A stretch of DNA of 64,000 nt, from assembly GCA_045650665.1 (NCBI GenBank), contig JAZRRL010000019.1:8454-72453 (forward strand), read 5' to 3'. The position numbers and the translations under genes were made by a program. Within the stretch, counting starts at the first letter, position 1. Every line of letters begins with the position of its first letter. Origin of the DNA: Faecousia sp. (GTDB lineage Bacteria; Bacillota; Clostridia; Oscillospirales; Oscillospiraceae). Below are positions 46,706-57,122 of this stretch, piece by piece. The notes below the pieces were generated by a model, which searched no databases, had not been told where the DNA came from, and was given only the letters and a program-made list of their open reading frames with translations.

Positions 46706-47488
46706 TTATTTTGGAATGGTAATGGTCAGCACGATCTCGCTTTCCGTTTCCCGTCTTTCGGAAATAGCACTGATGCCGGAGGATTGAATCCTACGCAGGG
46801 ATTGGTTCAAATTGTTGAGAAATGCACCCACATTTACACCCCGGTTTCTCTCCAGCTGACCGGTGCGCAGTTCTTCTATGTACTGTTCCGTCCGGGCAAC
46901 ACTCATGCCCAGCCGGGCAATCACCGCAATGGCTCGCATTTTTTCACCCTCATCATTCAGCTTTAGCAACGCCCTTGCATGACGCTCCGTCAATCCGCTT
47001 AGCCGTAAAGCTTCCAAAACTTGTGGGCTATGGCGCAGAATCCGCAATTTATTGGCGATGGCGCTTTGGCTTTTTCCCAAATGTCGGGCGGCCTGTTCCT
47101 GACTCATATTGCAAAGATCCATCAACCGGGAAATTCCCGTGGCCTCCTCCACAAAATCCAGATCCTGCCTCTGAAGATTCTCCACCATGGCAGCTAATGT
47201 GGATTCCTGCTCGTCCATACTCATGACAATGCAGGGAATCTCCGTCAGTCCGGCCATCTGTGCTGCCCGCAGCCGCCGTTCGCCGGCAATAAGTTCATAC
47301 CCCGTGCCGCTTCGGCGTACAGACAGCGGCTGTAAAATCCCGTGCTGGCGAATGGAATCCGCCAATTCAGTCAAGGCTTCCTCCTTGAAAATCTGCCTCG
47401 GTTGGGCAGGATTGGGTCGAATTGCCCGGGCAGGAAGGAACACCACCCTTCCGGTTTCCATATAGGTCTTGAGTTTTACGCATTGCAT
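46706..47488 (-). CDS. ParB/Noc family DNA-binding protein
   Basis: IRPNPAQPR, SIRQHGILQP, LIAGERRLRA, ENLQRQDL, HTH, HARALL. Confidence 0.9.
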   Translation of the reverse strand: MQCVKLKTYMETGRVVFLPARAIRPNPAQPRQIFKEEALTELADSIRQHGILQPLSVRRSGTGYELIAGERRLRAAQMAGLTEIPCIVMSMDEQESTLAAMVENLQRQDLDFVEEATGISRLMDLCNMSQEQAARHLGKSQSAIANKLRILRHSPQVLEALRLSGLTERHARALLKLNDEGEKMRAIAVIARLGMSVARTEQYIEELRTGQLERNRGVNVGAFLNNLNQSLRRIQSSGISAISERRETESEIVLTITIPK

Positions 47489-47644
47489 GGCTGTTCCTCC
47501 TTTGTAAATTGTAGTCCCATTGTACGGCCCGGAAAATGGGAAACTCCACGAAAGGGGGCGCTGTTTTGAAAAATTTTTACGATGCCGTTGCAAGGAAGAA
47601 TTTGCTGTGGTACAATATAGAAAAATCCATAAGGAGGCAGAAAT

Positions 47645-47983
47645 ATGAACTGTCTGTTTTGCAAAATCATCGCAGGAGAGATTCCATCCACCAAAGTTTA
47701 TGAGGATGAAACTGTTTTGGCTTTCCGGGACATCAATCCCCAAGCGCCTACCCATATTCTGGTGATTCCCAAGGCGCACATTCCTTCCGTTGATGGCATC
47801 ACTGCCGAAAACAGCGCTGTGGTTGCCCACATTTTTGAGGTGATTCCCACCATCGCCGCTGCTGAGAAATTGACAAACGGCTACCGTGTAGTCAGCAACT
47901 GCGGTCAGGATGCCGGTCAAACCGTGCATCATCTGCATTTCCACATTCTCGGCGGTCAGGAGCTGAGCCTACAAATGGCTTGA
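47645..47983 (+). CDS. HIT family nucleotide-binding protein (Hint)
   Basis: CLFCKII, DINPQAPTH, GQTVHHLHFHILGG. Confidence 0.95.
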   Translation: MNCLFCKIIAGEIPSTKVYEDETVLAFRDINPQAPTHILVIPKAHIPSVDGITAENSAVVAHIFEVIPTIAAAEKLTNGYRVVSNCGQDAGQTVHHLHFHILGGQELSLQMA

Positions 47984-48029
47984 CATTTTCTGCATTTCCG
48001 CTATAATAATCTCGAACCGCAAAACAAAT

Positions 48030-48125
48030 CAATCTTCGGGGTGCCGGCAGCAGCCGGCTGAGATTGGACTTACGCGTCCTGACCCGTGAACCTGATACGG
48101 CTAATACCGTCGGAGGGAAAGATGC
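48030..48125 (+). ncRNA. TPP riboswitch
   Basis: GGGGTGC...CTGAGA...GACCC...ACCTGAT..GGCTAATACC.TCGGAGGGA upstream of thiT; hairpin with T run near 48143-48185. Confidence 0.93.
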
Positions 48126-48202
48126 ACATATGAGATACAAAGTATCGCATTGCACCTGGACGGGTTTGCAATGCGGTATTTTTTATTTCGGAGGTCATAA
48201 TT

Positions 48203-48754
48203 ATGACAAAAAAACACCGTTCCGTCCGTCTTTTGACAGAAGGAGCAATCCTCATCGCCATGGCAGAAATCCTGAGCTTTCTGCACCTTTACAAGCTGCC
48301 CTGGGGCGGCAGTATCGATTTTGCCATGCTGCCCATTTTGCTGTTTGGCTGTCGTTGGGGCTTTGGCCCGGCTATGCTGGTCAGCACCGTCCACGGCATT
48401 TTGCAAATGCTGTTTGAAGGCGGCATTGCCATCGGCTGGCAGAGCATCCTGGGTGATTATCTGATCGCCTATGCGGTTTTGGGCGTTGCCGGTCTGTTCA
48501 AGGGCAAGTTCATTCCCGGTACGATTGTTGCCTGCACCGCCCGTTTCGCTGTGCATTATGTGGTGGGTGCCACCATCTGGGCGCAGTATATGCCCCCGGA
48601 ATTTTTCGGCATGACCATGACCACCCCCTGGTTCTACTCGGCATTGTATAACGGCGCTTACATGCTGCCGGATACGCTGATTTTGCTGGCGGTATATTTT
48701 CTGCTGTGCAAAACACCCCTGGTCACCTATTTCAAAGGCAATGATTTGAAATAA
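48203..48754 (+). CDS. thiT: ECF-type thiamine transporter S component
   Basis: LPWGGSI, DYLIAY, RFAVHYVVGATIW, YSALYNGAY; preceded by TPP riboswitch. Confidence 0.9.
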   Translation: MTKKHRSVRLLTEGAILIAMAEILSFLHLYKLPWGGSIDFAMLPILLFGCRWGFGPAMLVSTVHGILQMLFEGGIAIGWQSILGDYLIAYAVLGVAGLFKGKFIPGTIVACTARFAVHYVVGATIWAQYMPPEFFGMTMTTPWFYSALYNGAYMLPDTLILLAVYFLLCKTPLVTYFKGNDLK

Positions 48755-48759
48755 TCCAC

Positions 48760-48791
48760 AATCCCCTCCGGGCGAACCGGAGGGGATTTTT
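48760..48791 (+). terminator. Terminator
   Basis: aatcccctccgg-gcgaa-ccggaggggatttt. Confidence 0.8.
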
Positions 48792-48846
48792 CTTCATCCC
48801 CGGGTGGGGGATACAAAATTTTAATGTTTTCAAGGTAAAACACGGA

Positions 48847-48875
48847 TTGACAATTGCCATTTTAAAGAGTAGAAT
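48847..48875 (+). promoter_or_regulatory. sigma70 promoter of cooS operon
   Basis: TTGACA-17 bp-TAGAAT. Confidence 0.75.
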
Positions 48876-48946
48876 AATACTGATACACTATGCGCCCGGT
48901 GCGCTTATTGCGTATCGGCGAAAAAAATAATTAGGAGGAAACTAGA

Positions 48947-50851
48947 TTGAAGGATTGGGCATCTTTAACCACCGTTGAGGAAATGGAAGAAGCCACCAAC
49001 TCTCTGCTGGAAAACGGCAAGAAGGTTGGCGCAGACACCTGGCAGCAGCGTGTCAAGAACCAGACTCCCCACTGTGGCTTCGGCGAAGCAGGTACCTGCT
49101 GCCGAATCTGCTCCATGGGTCCCTGCCGCATCACTCCCAAGGCACCCCGGGGCATCTGCGGCTGCGATGTTCACGGCATCGTTGCTCGTAACTACCTGCG
49201 ATTCACTGTTGGCGGTACTGCCGCACACTCTGACCACGGCCGTGAAATTATGCACACCCTGCACCAGACCAAGGAAGGCGGCAACTATCAGGTCAAGGAT
49301 CCTGAGAAGCTGATCCGTATTGCAAAGGAATGGGGCGTTGAGACCGAGGGTAAGGACATTTACGCTCTGGCACACGAAATGGCTGAGATCGGCCTGCTGG
49401 AGTACGGCTTCCCCTTCGGCGAGCAGAAGTTTGCACAGCGTGCTCCCGAGCACACCAAGGAGCTGTGGAGAAAGGCAGAGATTATGCCCCGCGCTATTGA
49501 CCGGGAAATCGCAACTGCCATGCACATGACCCACATGGGTTGTTCTTCCCTGCCTGAAGCTCTGATCCGTCAGGCTCTGCGCGCAGGCCTGTCCGACGGT
49601 TGGGGCGGTTCCATGATGGGTACCGAGTTCTCCGACGTTATGTTCGGCACTCCCAAGCCCATGGACACTGAGGCTAACATCGGTGTTATGGAGAAGGAAA
49701 ACGTAAACATCGTTGTTCACGGCCACGATCCTTCTCTGTCTGAAATGATCGTTTACTACGCAAACGATCCTGAAATGATTGCTTACGCCAAGAGTGTTGG
49801 TGCTAAGGGCATCACCGTTTCCGGTGTCTGCTGTACATCCAACGAAGTTACCATGCGTCACGGTATCCCCATGGCAGGTAACTTCCTGAACCAGGAAAAC
49901 GTTGTACTTACCGGTGCTTGTGAAGCCATCGTTGTGGACGTGCAGTGTATCTTCCCTGCACTGGGCCCCCTGTCTAAGTGCTTCCACACCAAGTTCATCA
50001 CCACCTCTCCCATCGCCCGGATGCCCGACTCCGAGTTCATCCAGTTCCACGCTGAAACTGCAGGTGAGAACGCAAAGGCGATCGTGAAGATGGCTATTGA
50101 CAACTTTGTCAACCGTACTCCCGAGCTGGTGAACATCCCCAACCAGAAGCAGAAGGCCCGTGTCGGTTACTCCGTTGAGGCTATCAAGAAGGTTCTGGAT
50201 GGCGTTGCAAACTCCCAGGTCGACGAGTTCGGCACTACCAAGCCTTTGATCGAGTGTGTCTATTCCGGCGTTCTGCGCGGTGCTGTGGCAATGGTCGGCT
50301 GTAACAACCCCAAGGTTCGTCCCGACTCCGCACACATCGGCCTGATGAAGAAGCTGCTGGAGAACGATATTATTCTGATCGTTACCGGTTGTAGCGCTCA
50401 GGCTGCTGCTAAGGCCGGTCTGATGGATCCCGAAAAGGCTAAGGAATACTGCGGCGCAGGTCTGAAGAGAGTTTGCGAGCTGGCAGGCATTCCTCCCGTA
50501 CTGCACATGGGCTCCTGTGTTGACATTTCCCGTATGATGGTTCTGGCATCTGACATTGCCAAGGACTGGGGCATCAACATTTCTCAGGTTCCCGTGGTGG
50601 GCTGTGCTCCCGAATGGATGTCCGAGAAGGCTGTTTCCATCGGTAACTATGTTGTGGCTACCGGTATTGAGACCTTCCTGGGCGTTGATCCCTACTCCAA
50701 GGGTTCTACCGAGGTCACCGAGCTGCTCCAGGGCGAAAACGGTGTCAACCAGTGGGTTGAGGCTAAGTTCGTCGTGGATACCGACATCGATGCTCTGGGC
50801 GACAAGATGATCGCTTGCATCGAAGCTAAGCGCGCTGCTCTGGGTATCTAA
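48947..50851 (+). CDS. cooS: Anaerobic Ni-dependent carbon monoxide dehydrogenase catalytic subunit
   Basis: CGFG..G.CCRIC.MGPC (D/B clusters); C-cluster ligands in HGHDP, VCCT, VQCI, GCNN, TGCS, HMGSCVD; TTG start with AGGAGG. Confidence 0.96.
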   Translation: MKDWASLTTVEEMEEATNSLLENGKKVGADTWQQRVKNQTPHCGFGEAGTCCRICSMGPCRITPKAPRGICGCDVHGIVARNYLRFTVGGTAAHSDHGREIMHTLHQTKEGGNYQVKDPEKLIRIAKEWGVETEGKDIYALAHEMAEIGLLEYGFPFGEQKFAQRAPEHTKELWRKAEIMPRAIDREIATAMHMTHMGCSSLPEALIRQALRAGLSDGWGGSMMGTEFSDVMFGTPKPMDTEANIGVMEKENVNIVVHGHDPSLSEMIVYYANDPEMIAYAKSVGAKGITVSGVCCTSNEVTMRHGIPMAGNFLNQENVVLTGACEAIVVDVQCIFPALGPLSKCFHTKFITTSPIARMPDSEFIQFHAETAGENAKAIVKMAIDNFVNRTPELVNIPNQKQKARVGYSVEAIKKVLDGVANSQVDEFGTTKPLIECVYSGVLRGAVAMVGCNNPKVRPDSAHIGLMKKLLENDIILIVTGCSAQAAAKAGLMDPEKAKEYCGAGLKRVCELAGIPPVLHMGSCVDISRMMVLASDIAKDWGINISQVPVVGCAPEWMSEKAVSIGNYVVATGIETFLGVDPYSKGSTEVTELLQGENGVNQWVEAKFVVDTDIDALGDKMIACIEAKRAALGI

Positions 50852-50874
50852 TCACTTAATTTGAGGATTTTCCA

Positions 50875-51639
50875 ATGAAAGTAGCAATTACCGGCAAGGG
50901 CGGTGTGGGTAAAACCACATTGTCCTCCACCCTGGCAAGACTTTATGCCGACGAGGGGCGCACTGTTCTGGCGGCAGATGTGGATCCGGACGCAAATCTG
51001 GGTCTGGCTCTGGGTCTGAGCCAAGAAGAAGTGGATGCCATCATTCCCATTTCCAAAATGCGTGATCTGGCAAAGGAACGCACCGGTGCCAGCGATGACA
51101 ATAAGTTTTACAAGTTGAATCCTTATGTAGCGGACATTCCCGAGAAGTTCGCCAAGTCCATCAATGGTGTAAAGCTGTTGGTCATGGGTACTGTGGATCT
51201 GGGTGGCAGCGGCTGTGTCTGTCCCGAGCATGTGATGCTCAAGTCCATTCTCTCCGCAATGACCTATCGCAAAGACGATGTGGTCATTATGGATATGGAA
51301 GCAGGTCTTGAACATCTGGGTCGTGGAACAGCGGCAAACATGGACCAGTTTATCGTGGTCATTGAGCCGGGTTCCCGCAGTGTGCAGACTTACCGCAATG
51401 TCAAGCGGTTGGCAGCTGATCTGGGCGTCAAACGCGTTCGGGTAGTAGCCAACAAAATTCGGGATGAACAAGACGAGGAATTTATCCGCAGTCAAATTCC
51501 GGAAGAAGATCTGCTGGGCTTCATCCATTACAATCTGGAAATCATGGATGCAGACCGGAATGGAAAATCCCCTTACGATTTCAGCCCCGCGGCAATCGAA
51601 GAAATTCGGCGGATCAAGGAAATCCTTGATCGAGACTAA
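50875..51639 (+). CDS. cooC: CODH/ACS nickel-insertion ATPase CooC/AcsF
   Basis: GKGGVGKT, DVDPDANL, GCVCP, DMEAGLEHLGRG. Confidence 0.95.
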   Translation: MKVAITGKGGVGKTTLSSTLARLYADEGRTVLAADVDPDANLGLALGLSQEEVDAIIPISKMRDLAKERTGASDDNKFYKLNPYVADIPEKFAKSINGVKLLVMGTVDLGGSGCVCPEHVMLKSILSAMTYRKDDVVIMDMEAGLEHLGRGTAANMDQFIVVIEPGSRSVQTYRNVKRLAADLGVKRVRVVANKIRDEQDEEFIRSQIPEEDLLGFIHYNLEIMDADRNGKSPYDFSPAAIEEIRRIKEILDRD

Positions 51640-51664
51640 AAATATCAATATAGGAGGAAATATC

Positions 51665-53800
51665 GTGACACTTTTTGATAGAGTTTTTGGCGGTAACGAT
51701 TACAACTACAACCGTACCGTTGCTGCTATCGACGAGGCCATCGCCAAGTTTGGCGAAGCTGAGCCCGTTGCATTCCCCGCAACCGCTTACAACCTGCCCT
51801 GTTACTACTCCATCACCGGCAAGAAAGTGAATAACCTGGGCGAGCTGAAGGCCGCTCTGGAAAATGACATCAAGCCTATGATGACCCGCGCTCCCCGCCT
51901 GCAGGATGCTTTTGACAGCGGTGTTGCTTCCGCTCTGTGCGCAGAGTTCCTGGAAGTTCTGAAATACATTGGCGGTGCTCAGCCCTATGCAGAGCCCGAA
52001 ATGGGCTTCCTGACCGACGCCTTTGTACGTAACCTGGGTCTGCCCCTGGTTACCGGTGATATTCCCGGCGTGGCCGTTATCATCGGCGGCGCTGAGACAC
52101 CCGAAGACACCGTCGCTCTGGCCAAGTCCTACCAGGCACAGGGCCTGCTGGTCACTGTGACCGGCGAAGGCATCAAGCATCTGGCCGATGCCGGCATGAA
52201 GACCGGTGAAGGCGTCCGTGTCTGCCCCCTGGGTTATGAGATGCAGTCTGTTATCCACGTTGTTTCCGTTGCTCTGCGTGCTGCGCTGATCTTCGGTAAC
52301 ATCACCCCCGGCGACACTAAGAATCTGTATAAGTACACCATGGACCGTGTCCGTGCGTTCGTCAATGCCTACAAGCCCCTGTCCGATGAGATTGTTTCTT
52401 ACGGTGCCGGTGCTATCTGCCTGGGCTTCCCCGTTGTTTCCAACGAGACTGAGAACATGTTCCGTGTTCCCAAGTCCCTGATTCAGCAGCTGGATACCGA
52501 GAAGTGGAACGCTACCTCTCTGGAAGCTCGTGATATCAAGATCAAGATCACCAACATCGACATTCCCGTTTCCTACGCTACCGCTTTTGAAGGCGAGATC
52601 ATCCGTAAGGGTGATATGCAGGTGGAAGTGGACGGCTCCCGTGTGGACTGCTTCGAGCTGGTGCAGACCAAGGCTATGCAGGATGTGGAGGACCACAAGA
52701 TCACCGTTATCGGTCCCGAGATCGACGAGATCCCCGCAGGCAGCAAGATCAGCCTTTCCTACACCATCGATGTGGCCGGCAAGGCTATGCAGGCTGTCTT
52801 TGAGGCCGTTATGGAGCGTAAGATCCATGCATGGCTGAACTGCATCGAAGGCGTTATGCACACCGGTCAGCGTGACATGATCCGCGTCCGTATCAGCAAG
52901 ACCGACTTTGAGGCCGGCTTCAAGTTCCGTCATCTGGGCGAGGTTCTCTACGCCAAGGTCATGAGCGAGTTTGAGGCTGTTGCTGACAAATGCCAGGTCA
53001 CCATCGTGGTTGATGCTGAGCAGAACAAGGAACTGCGTGCCAAGGCCAACGAGGTCTTCAATGCCCGTGATGCAAGACTGGCTTCCATGACCGACGAGTC
53101 CGTGGATACCTTCTACACCTGTATCATGTGTCAGGCCTTCTCCCCCAGCCACGTTTGTATCGTTACCCCCGAGCGTCTGGGTCTGTGCGGTGCTGTTTCC
53201 TGGTTGGATGCTAAGGCTACCAAGGAGTTGGATCCCCATGGTCCCTGCCAGCCCATTCTCAAGGCTGGCTGCCAGGACGAGCGTCTGGGTCGTTACGACT
53301 CCATGGACGACGCTGTCAACACCTACTCCCACGGTGCTGTTGAGAAGATCACTCTGTACTCTCTGTTTGAGGATCCCATGACCTCCTGTGGTTGCTTCGA
53401 GTGTATCTGTGGTGTCGAGCCCTGCTCCATGGGCGTGGTCATCACCTGCCGTGTGCATGCAGGCATGACTCCTCTGGGCATGAGCTTCTCCGACATGGCT
53501 TCCATGTCCGGCGGCGGTGTTCAGACCCCCGGCTTTATGGGTCACGGCAAGCACTTCATCTCCTCCAAGAAGTTCATCGCTGCTGAAGGCGGCCCCGGCC
53601 GTATTGTCTGGATGCCCAAGATGCTGAAGGACCAGATGCGTGAGCGTTTGGATGCAACCGTTCTGGAGATGTACGGTGTTGAGAACTTCACCGACATGAT
53701 CGCTGACGAAACCATCTGCACCGAGGATCCCGAGCAGCTGCTGGAATACCTGGGCGAAGTTGGCCATCCCGTTCTGGGCATGGATCCCTTCGATATGTAA
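51665..53800 (+). CDS. acsB: Acetyl-CoA synthase (A-cluster subunit)
   Basis: CIMCQ..SP.HVC..TPER.GLCG and TSCGCFE A-cluster ligands; GTG start after AGGAGG. Confidence 0.96.
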   Translation: MTLFDRVFGGNDYNYNRTVAAIDEAIAKFGEAEPVAFPATAYNLPCYYSITGKKVNNLGELKAALENDIKPMMTRAPRLQDAFDSGVASALCAEFLEVLKYIGGAQPYAEPEMGFLTDAFVRNLGLPLVTGDIPGVAVIIGGAETPEDTVALAKSYQAQGLLVTVTGEGIKHLADAGMKTGEGVRVCPLGYEMQSVIHVVSVALRAALIFGNITPGDTKNLYKYTMDRVRAFVNAYKPLSDEIVSYGAGAICLGFPVVSNETENMFRVPKSLIQQLDTEKWNATSLEARDIKIKITNIDIPVSYATAFEGEIIRKGDMQVEVDGSRVDCFELVQTKAMQDVEDHKITVIGPEIDEIPAGSKISLSYTIDVAGKAMQAVFEAVMERKIHAWLNCIEGVMHTGQRDMIRVRISKTDFEAGFKFRHLGEVLYAKVMSEFEAVADKCQVTIVVDAEQNKELRAKANEVFNARDARLASMTDESVDTFYTCIMCQAFSPSHVCIVTPERLGLCGAVSWLDAKATKELDPHGPCQPILKAGCQDERLGRYDSMDDAVNTYSHGAVEKITLYSLFEDPMTSCGCFECICGVEPCSMGVVITCRVHAGMTPLGMSFSDMASMSGGGVQTPGFMGHGKHFISSKKFIAAEGGPGRIVWMPKMLKDQMRERLDATVLEMYGVENFTDMIADETICTEDPEQLLEYLGEVGHPVLGMDPFDM

Positions 53801-53810
53801 TAAAAGCACA

Positions 53811-53845
53811 ACCCCCGTCTTCCGAGGAAGACGGGGGTATTTTTT
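53811..53845. terminator. Bidirectional terminator
   Basis: acccccgtcttcc-ga-ggaagacgggggt followed by T run. Confidence 0.82.
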
Positions 53846-53850
53846 ATTTG

Positions 53851-55044
53851 TTATTTCCATTGAGAAATAGGTCTTGTTTGTTCCTGCAGGAGCAAAAGAT
53901 CTGTAATAATAGTATTGGACAGCAGGAAGCCTTCCGCTGTCAAATGCCATCTTCCGTCACCGCCACGCAGGGCATAGCCTCGCTGACGGCACTGAATCAG
54001 CGCCTTTTCAATGGGCGCAAACGGAAGCAGGAATTGCTTTTCGTATTCCTCACCGCTGATACCATAGGTGGTACGCAGGTGCATCATTAAATATTCGCCG
54101 GCTCGTTCTCTTTGGGGAATTGCCTGAATTTCCCGGAGAACCTGACCACCGGAACGAATGCCGGTGATGTAGCCATGCAGATCCCGAACTACAGAAAACC
54201 GCTTTCCGGCAAAATCGGAGCTGGCATCCGGGCCAAAGCCCAGATATTCACCACCGGTCCAGTATTTCATATTGTGCCGGGATTCCCGATTTCGCTTGCA
54301 GAAATTGGAGATTTCGTACTGCTTGTAGCCTTTGCTTCGCAGAATTTCCACCGTTGCCAGATACATATCCGCCTGCATATCGTCATCCGCCATGCGCAGC
54401 TGACTTTGCTGCTGGCACATAGGCGTTCCCGGCTCCAGTTTCAAACCATAGCAACTGATATGTTCCGGCTGCAGCGACACAATATCATGGAGCGTTTGCT
54501 GCCAGGATTCCAGATCCTGCTCCGGCAAGCCGTAGATCAGATCCAGCGACAGATTTTTGAAACCGGCTCTGCGGATCATTTTCACCGCATCAACCGCCAT
54601 TTCATAGTCGTGAGGACGGCCGATGGCTTCCAAAATGGCATTGTCACTGCACTGCACGCCCAAACTGACCCGGTTGAAGCCTTCCCCCCGGAGTCTGCGT
54701 AAAAACTTGGGGGTAATGGAATCCGGATTTGCCTCAAAGGTAATCTCGGCATCCACCGCCACATCAAAAGACCGACGAATGGTAGCAAGAATGGCTGCCA
54801 TACCTTCTGCCCCGAAAAAGCTGGGGGTGCCGCCGCCAAAATAGACAGTATCTACCCGATAATTGGGTGCCAGCGGGCCGGTCTCCCGGATATGGTCACA
54901 GACAGCGTCCAGATAACCGTCACTGAGCTGACGATCCAGCTCCGTCACAGAGTAGAAATCGCAGTAATGGCACTTGCTTTTGCAGAAAGGGACGTGCACG
55001 TAAATTCCCAAAGGTTTTTTCAGTTTTGTGGAGAATAGTGCCAT
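53851..55044 (-). CDS. hemW: Radical SAM heme chaperone HemW (HemN-like)
   Basis: YVHVPFCKSKCHYCDF, YFGGGTPS, YEISNF, HNMKYW; downstream of lepA. Confidence 0.92.
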   Translation of the reverse strand: MALFSTKLKKPLGIYVHVPFCKSKCHYCDFYSVTELDRQLSDGYLDAVCDHIRETGPLAPNYRVDTVYFGGGTPSFFGAEGMAAILATIRRSFDVAVDAEITFEANPDSITPKFLRRLRGEGFNRVSLGVQCSDNAILEAIGRPHDYEMAVDAVKMIRRAGFKNLSLDLIYGLPEQDLESWQQTLHDIVSLQPEHISCYGLKLEPGTPMCQQQSQLRMADDDMQADMYLATVEILRSKGYKQYEISNFCKRNRESRHNMKYWTGGEYLGFGPDASSDFAGKRFSVVRDLHGYITGIRSGGQVLREIQAIPQRERAGEYLMMHLRTTYGISGEEYEKQFLLPFAPIEKALIQCRQRGYALRGGDGRWHLTAEGFLLSNTIITDLLLLQEQTRPISQWK

Positions 55045-55068
55045 GGGTTGCCTCCGAATAGGGAAATT

Positions 55069-56877
55069 TTAATCCTCGTCCAGTTTGAGGACAGCCATAA
55101 AGGCTTCACTGGGTACGGAAACCGTGCCAAAGGTACGCATCCGTTTTTTACCCTCTTTCTGCTTTTCCAGCAGTTTCTTTTTACGGGTGATGTCACCACC
55201 GTAGCACTTTGCCAGAACGTCCTTACGCAGTGCCTTGATGGTCTCACGGGCAATGATCTTGCCACCGATAGCCGCCTGCACAGGAATTTCAAACTGTGCG
55301 CGGGGAATGTTGTCCTTCAGCTTTTCACAGATTTTTCTTGCTCTGGGGTAGGCATTGTCTGCAAAGAGAATAAAGCTCAGTGCGTCCACAATATCACCGT
55401 TAAGCAGAATATCCAGCTTTACCAATCGGCTGGGACGGAAACCAATGAGCTCATAGTCCAAAGATCCGTAGCCACGGGTACGGGACTTAAGGGCATCAAA
55501 AAAGTCGTAAATAATTTCGTTCAGGGGCATTTCGTAGTGCAGCTCCACCCGGTTGGCATCCAGATAGACCATATCTTTAAATTCGCCACGGCGGGAGGTT
55601 GCCAGATCCATGATGTTGCCCACATATTCCTGAGGTGCCATCAGATTGACCTTGACATAGGGTTCTTCTGCCAGCTGGATTTCCATGGGATCCGGGTAAT
55701 CCAGAGGATTGTCCACCATCAGCACCTCACCGTTGTTTTTGGTAACCCGGTAAACAACGTTGGGTGCGGTAGTGATCAGGTCCAGATTGTACTCCCGTTC
55801 CAAACGCTCCTGAATGATTTCCATATGCAGCAGACCCAAAAATCCGCAGCGGAAACCAAAGCCCAGCGCAATGGAGCTTTCCAGTTCATAAACAAAGGAT
55901 GCATCGTTCAGCTTCAGCTTTTCCAAAGCTTCCCGCAGATCCTGGTATTTTGCGCCATCGGCAGGATACACACCGGAATACACCATGGGCTGCACGGGGC
56001 GATAGCCAGGCAGAGGTTCCGTTGCGCCATTTTCAATGGTGGTGATGGTGTCACCCACTTGGGTATCGGACACATTTTTAATGGAAGCCGTGATATATCC
56101 AACCTCACCTGCGCCCAACGCATCCTTGGGTGTCAGCCCCAGAGGATTCATTGTGCCCACCTCCACAACCTTGTAGGTTGCGCCGGTGGCCATCATTTTA
56201 ATATCCTGACCGGCACGAATGGTGCCTTCTTTGATACGGACATAGACGATAACGCCACGATAAGAATCGTAAACACTGTCGAAGATCAATGCCTGCAAAG
56301 GTGCATTGCGATCACCCTTGGGAGCAGGCACATCCCGGACAATCATTTCCAGAACGGAGCGGATGTTGATGCCGTTTTTGGCGGAAATTTCCGGGGCATC
56401 CTCTGCGGGAATGCAGATAATATCCTCGATCTCCGCCTTGACCTCTTCCGGCCGGGCAGAGGGCAGGTCGATCTTGTTAATAACAGGCAGAACCTCCAGA
56501 CCGGCATCGGTAGCCAGGAAAGTATTTGCCAAGGTCTGTGCTTCCACACCCTGGGAAGCGTCCACTACCAGCACAGCGCCCTCGCAGGCTGCCAAGGAAC
56601 GGGAAACCTCGTAGTTAAAGTCCACGTGGCCGGGTGTATCGATCAAGTTCAGGGCATAGGTATCCCCGTCATCCGCCTTGTACGTCAGCTGAACAGCTGT
56701 TGCCTTAATCGTGATGCCGCGCTCACGCTCCAAATCCATGGAGTCAAGCATCTGGCTTTCCATCTGCCGTTGATCAATGGCATTACACTCCTCCAACAGA
56801 CGGTCTGCCAGAGTGGATTTGCCGTGATCGATATGGGCGATAATGGAAAAATTACGAATTTTCGAAAGTTCTGTCAT
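55069..56877 (-). CDS. lepA: Elongation factor 4 (LepA)
   Basis: [55 protein letters not shown]. Confidence 0.98.
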   Translation of the reverse strand: MTELSKIRNFSIIAHIDHGKSTLADRLLEECNAIDQRQMESQMLDSMDLERERGITIKATAVQLTYKADDGDTYALNLIDTPGHVDFNYEVSRSLAACEGAVLVVDASQGVEAQTLANTFLATDAGLEVLPVINKIDLPSARPEEVKAEIEDIICIPAEDAPEISAKNGINIRSVLEMIVRDVPAPKGDRNAPLQALIFDSVYDSYRGVIVYVRIKEGTIRAGQDIKMMATGATYKVVEVGTMNPLGLTPKDALGAGEVGYITASIKNVSDTQVGDTITTIENGATEPLPGYRPVQPMVYSGVYPADGAKYQDLREALEKLKLNDASFVYELESSIALGFGFRCGFLGLLHMEIIQERLEREYNLDLITTAPNVVYRVTKNNGEVLMVDNPLDYPDPMEIQLAEEPYVKVNLMAPQEYVGNIMDLATSRRGEFKDMVYLDANRVELHYEMPLNEIIYDFFDALKSRTRGYGSLDYELIGFRPSRLVKLDILLNGDIVDALSFILFADNAYPRARKICEKLKDNIPRAQFEIPVQAAIGGKIIARETIKALRKDVLAKCYGGDITRKKKLLEKQKEGKKRMRTFGTVSVPSEAFMAVLKLDED

Positions 56878-57122
56878 ATGTGTATACCTCAATAAATGGC
56901 AGTATTTTTTCCATTATACAGAATTTCAGGCAAAAAGTAAACTGTATGTTTTCTCTGAAAAGTGGGAAAACTTTGCATTGTAACGACAAAAAACGGCAAA
57001 AGCCAAAAAAATCGAATATTTTTTCAGAAAAACCCTTGTCAAAACCGAAAAAACGGGATATAGTCTATGGGCTGAGAAAAGAATGACATACGTTTGACAG
57101 AAAGAGAAAGAGGGGGATTTTA

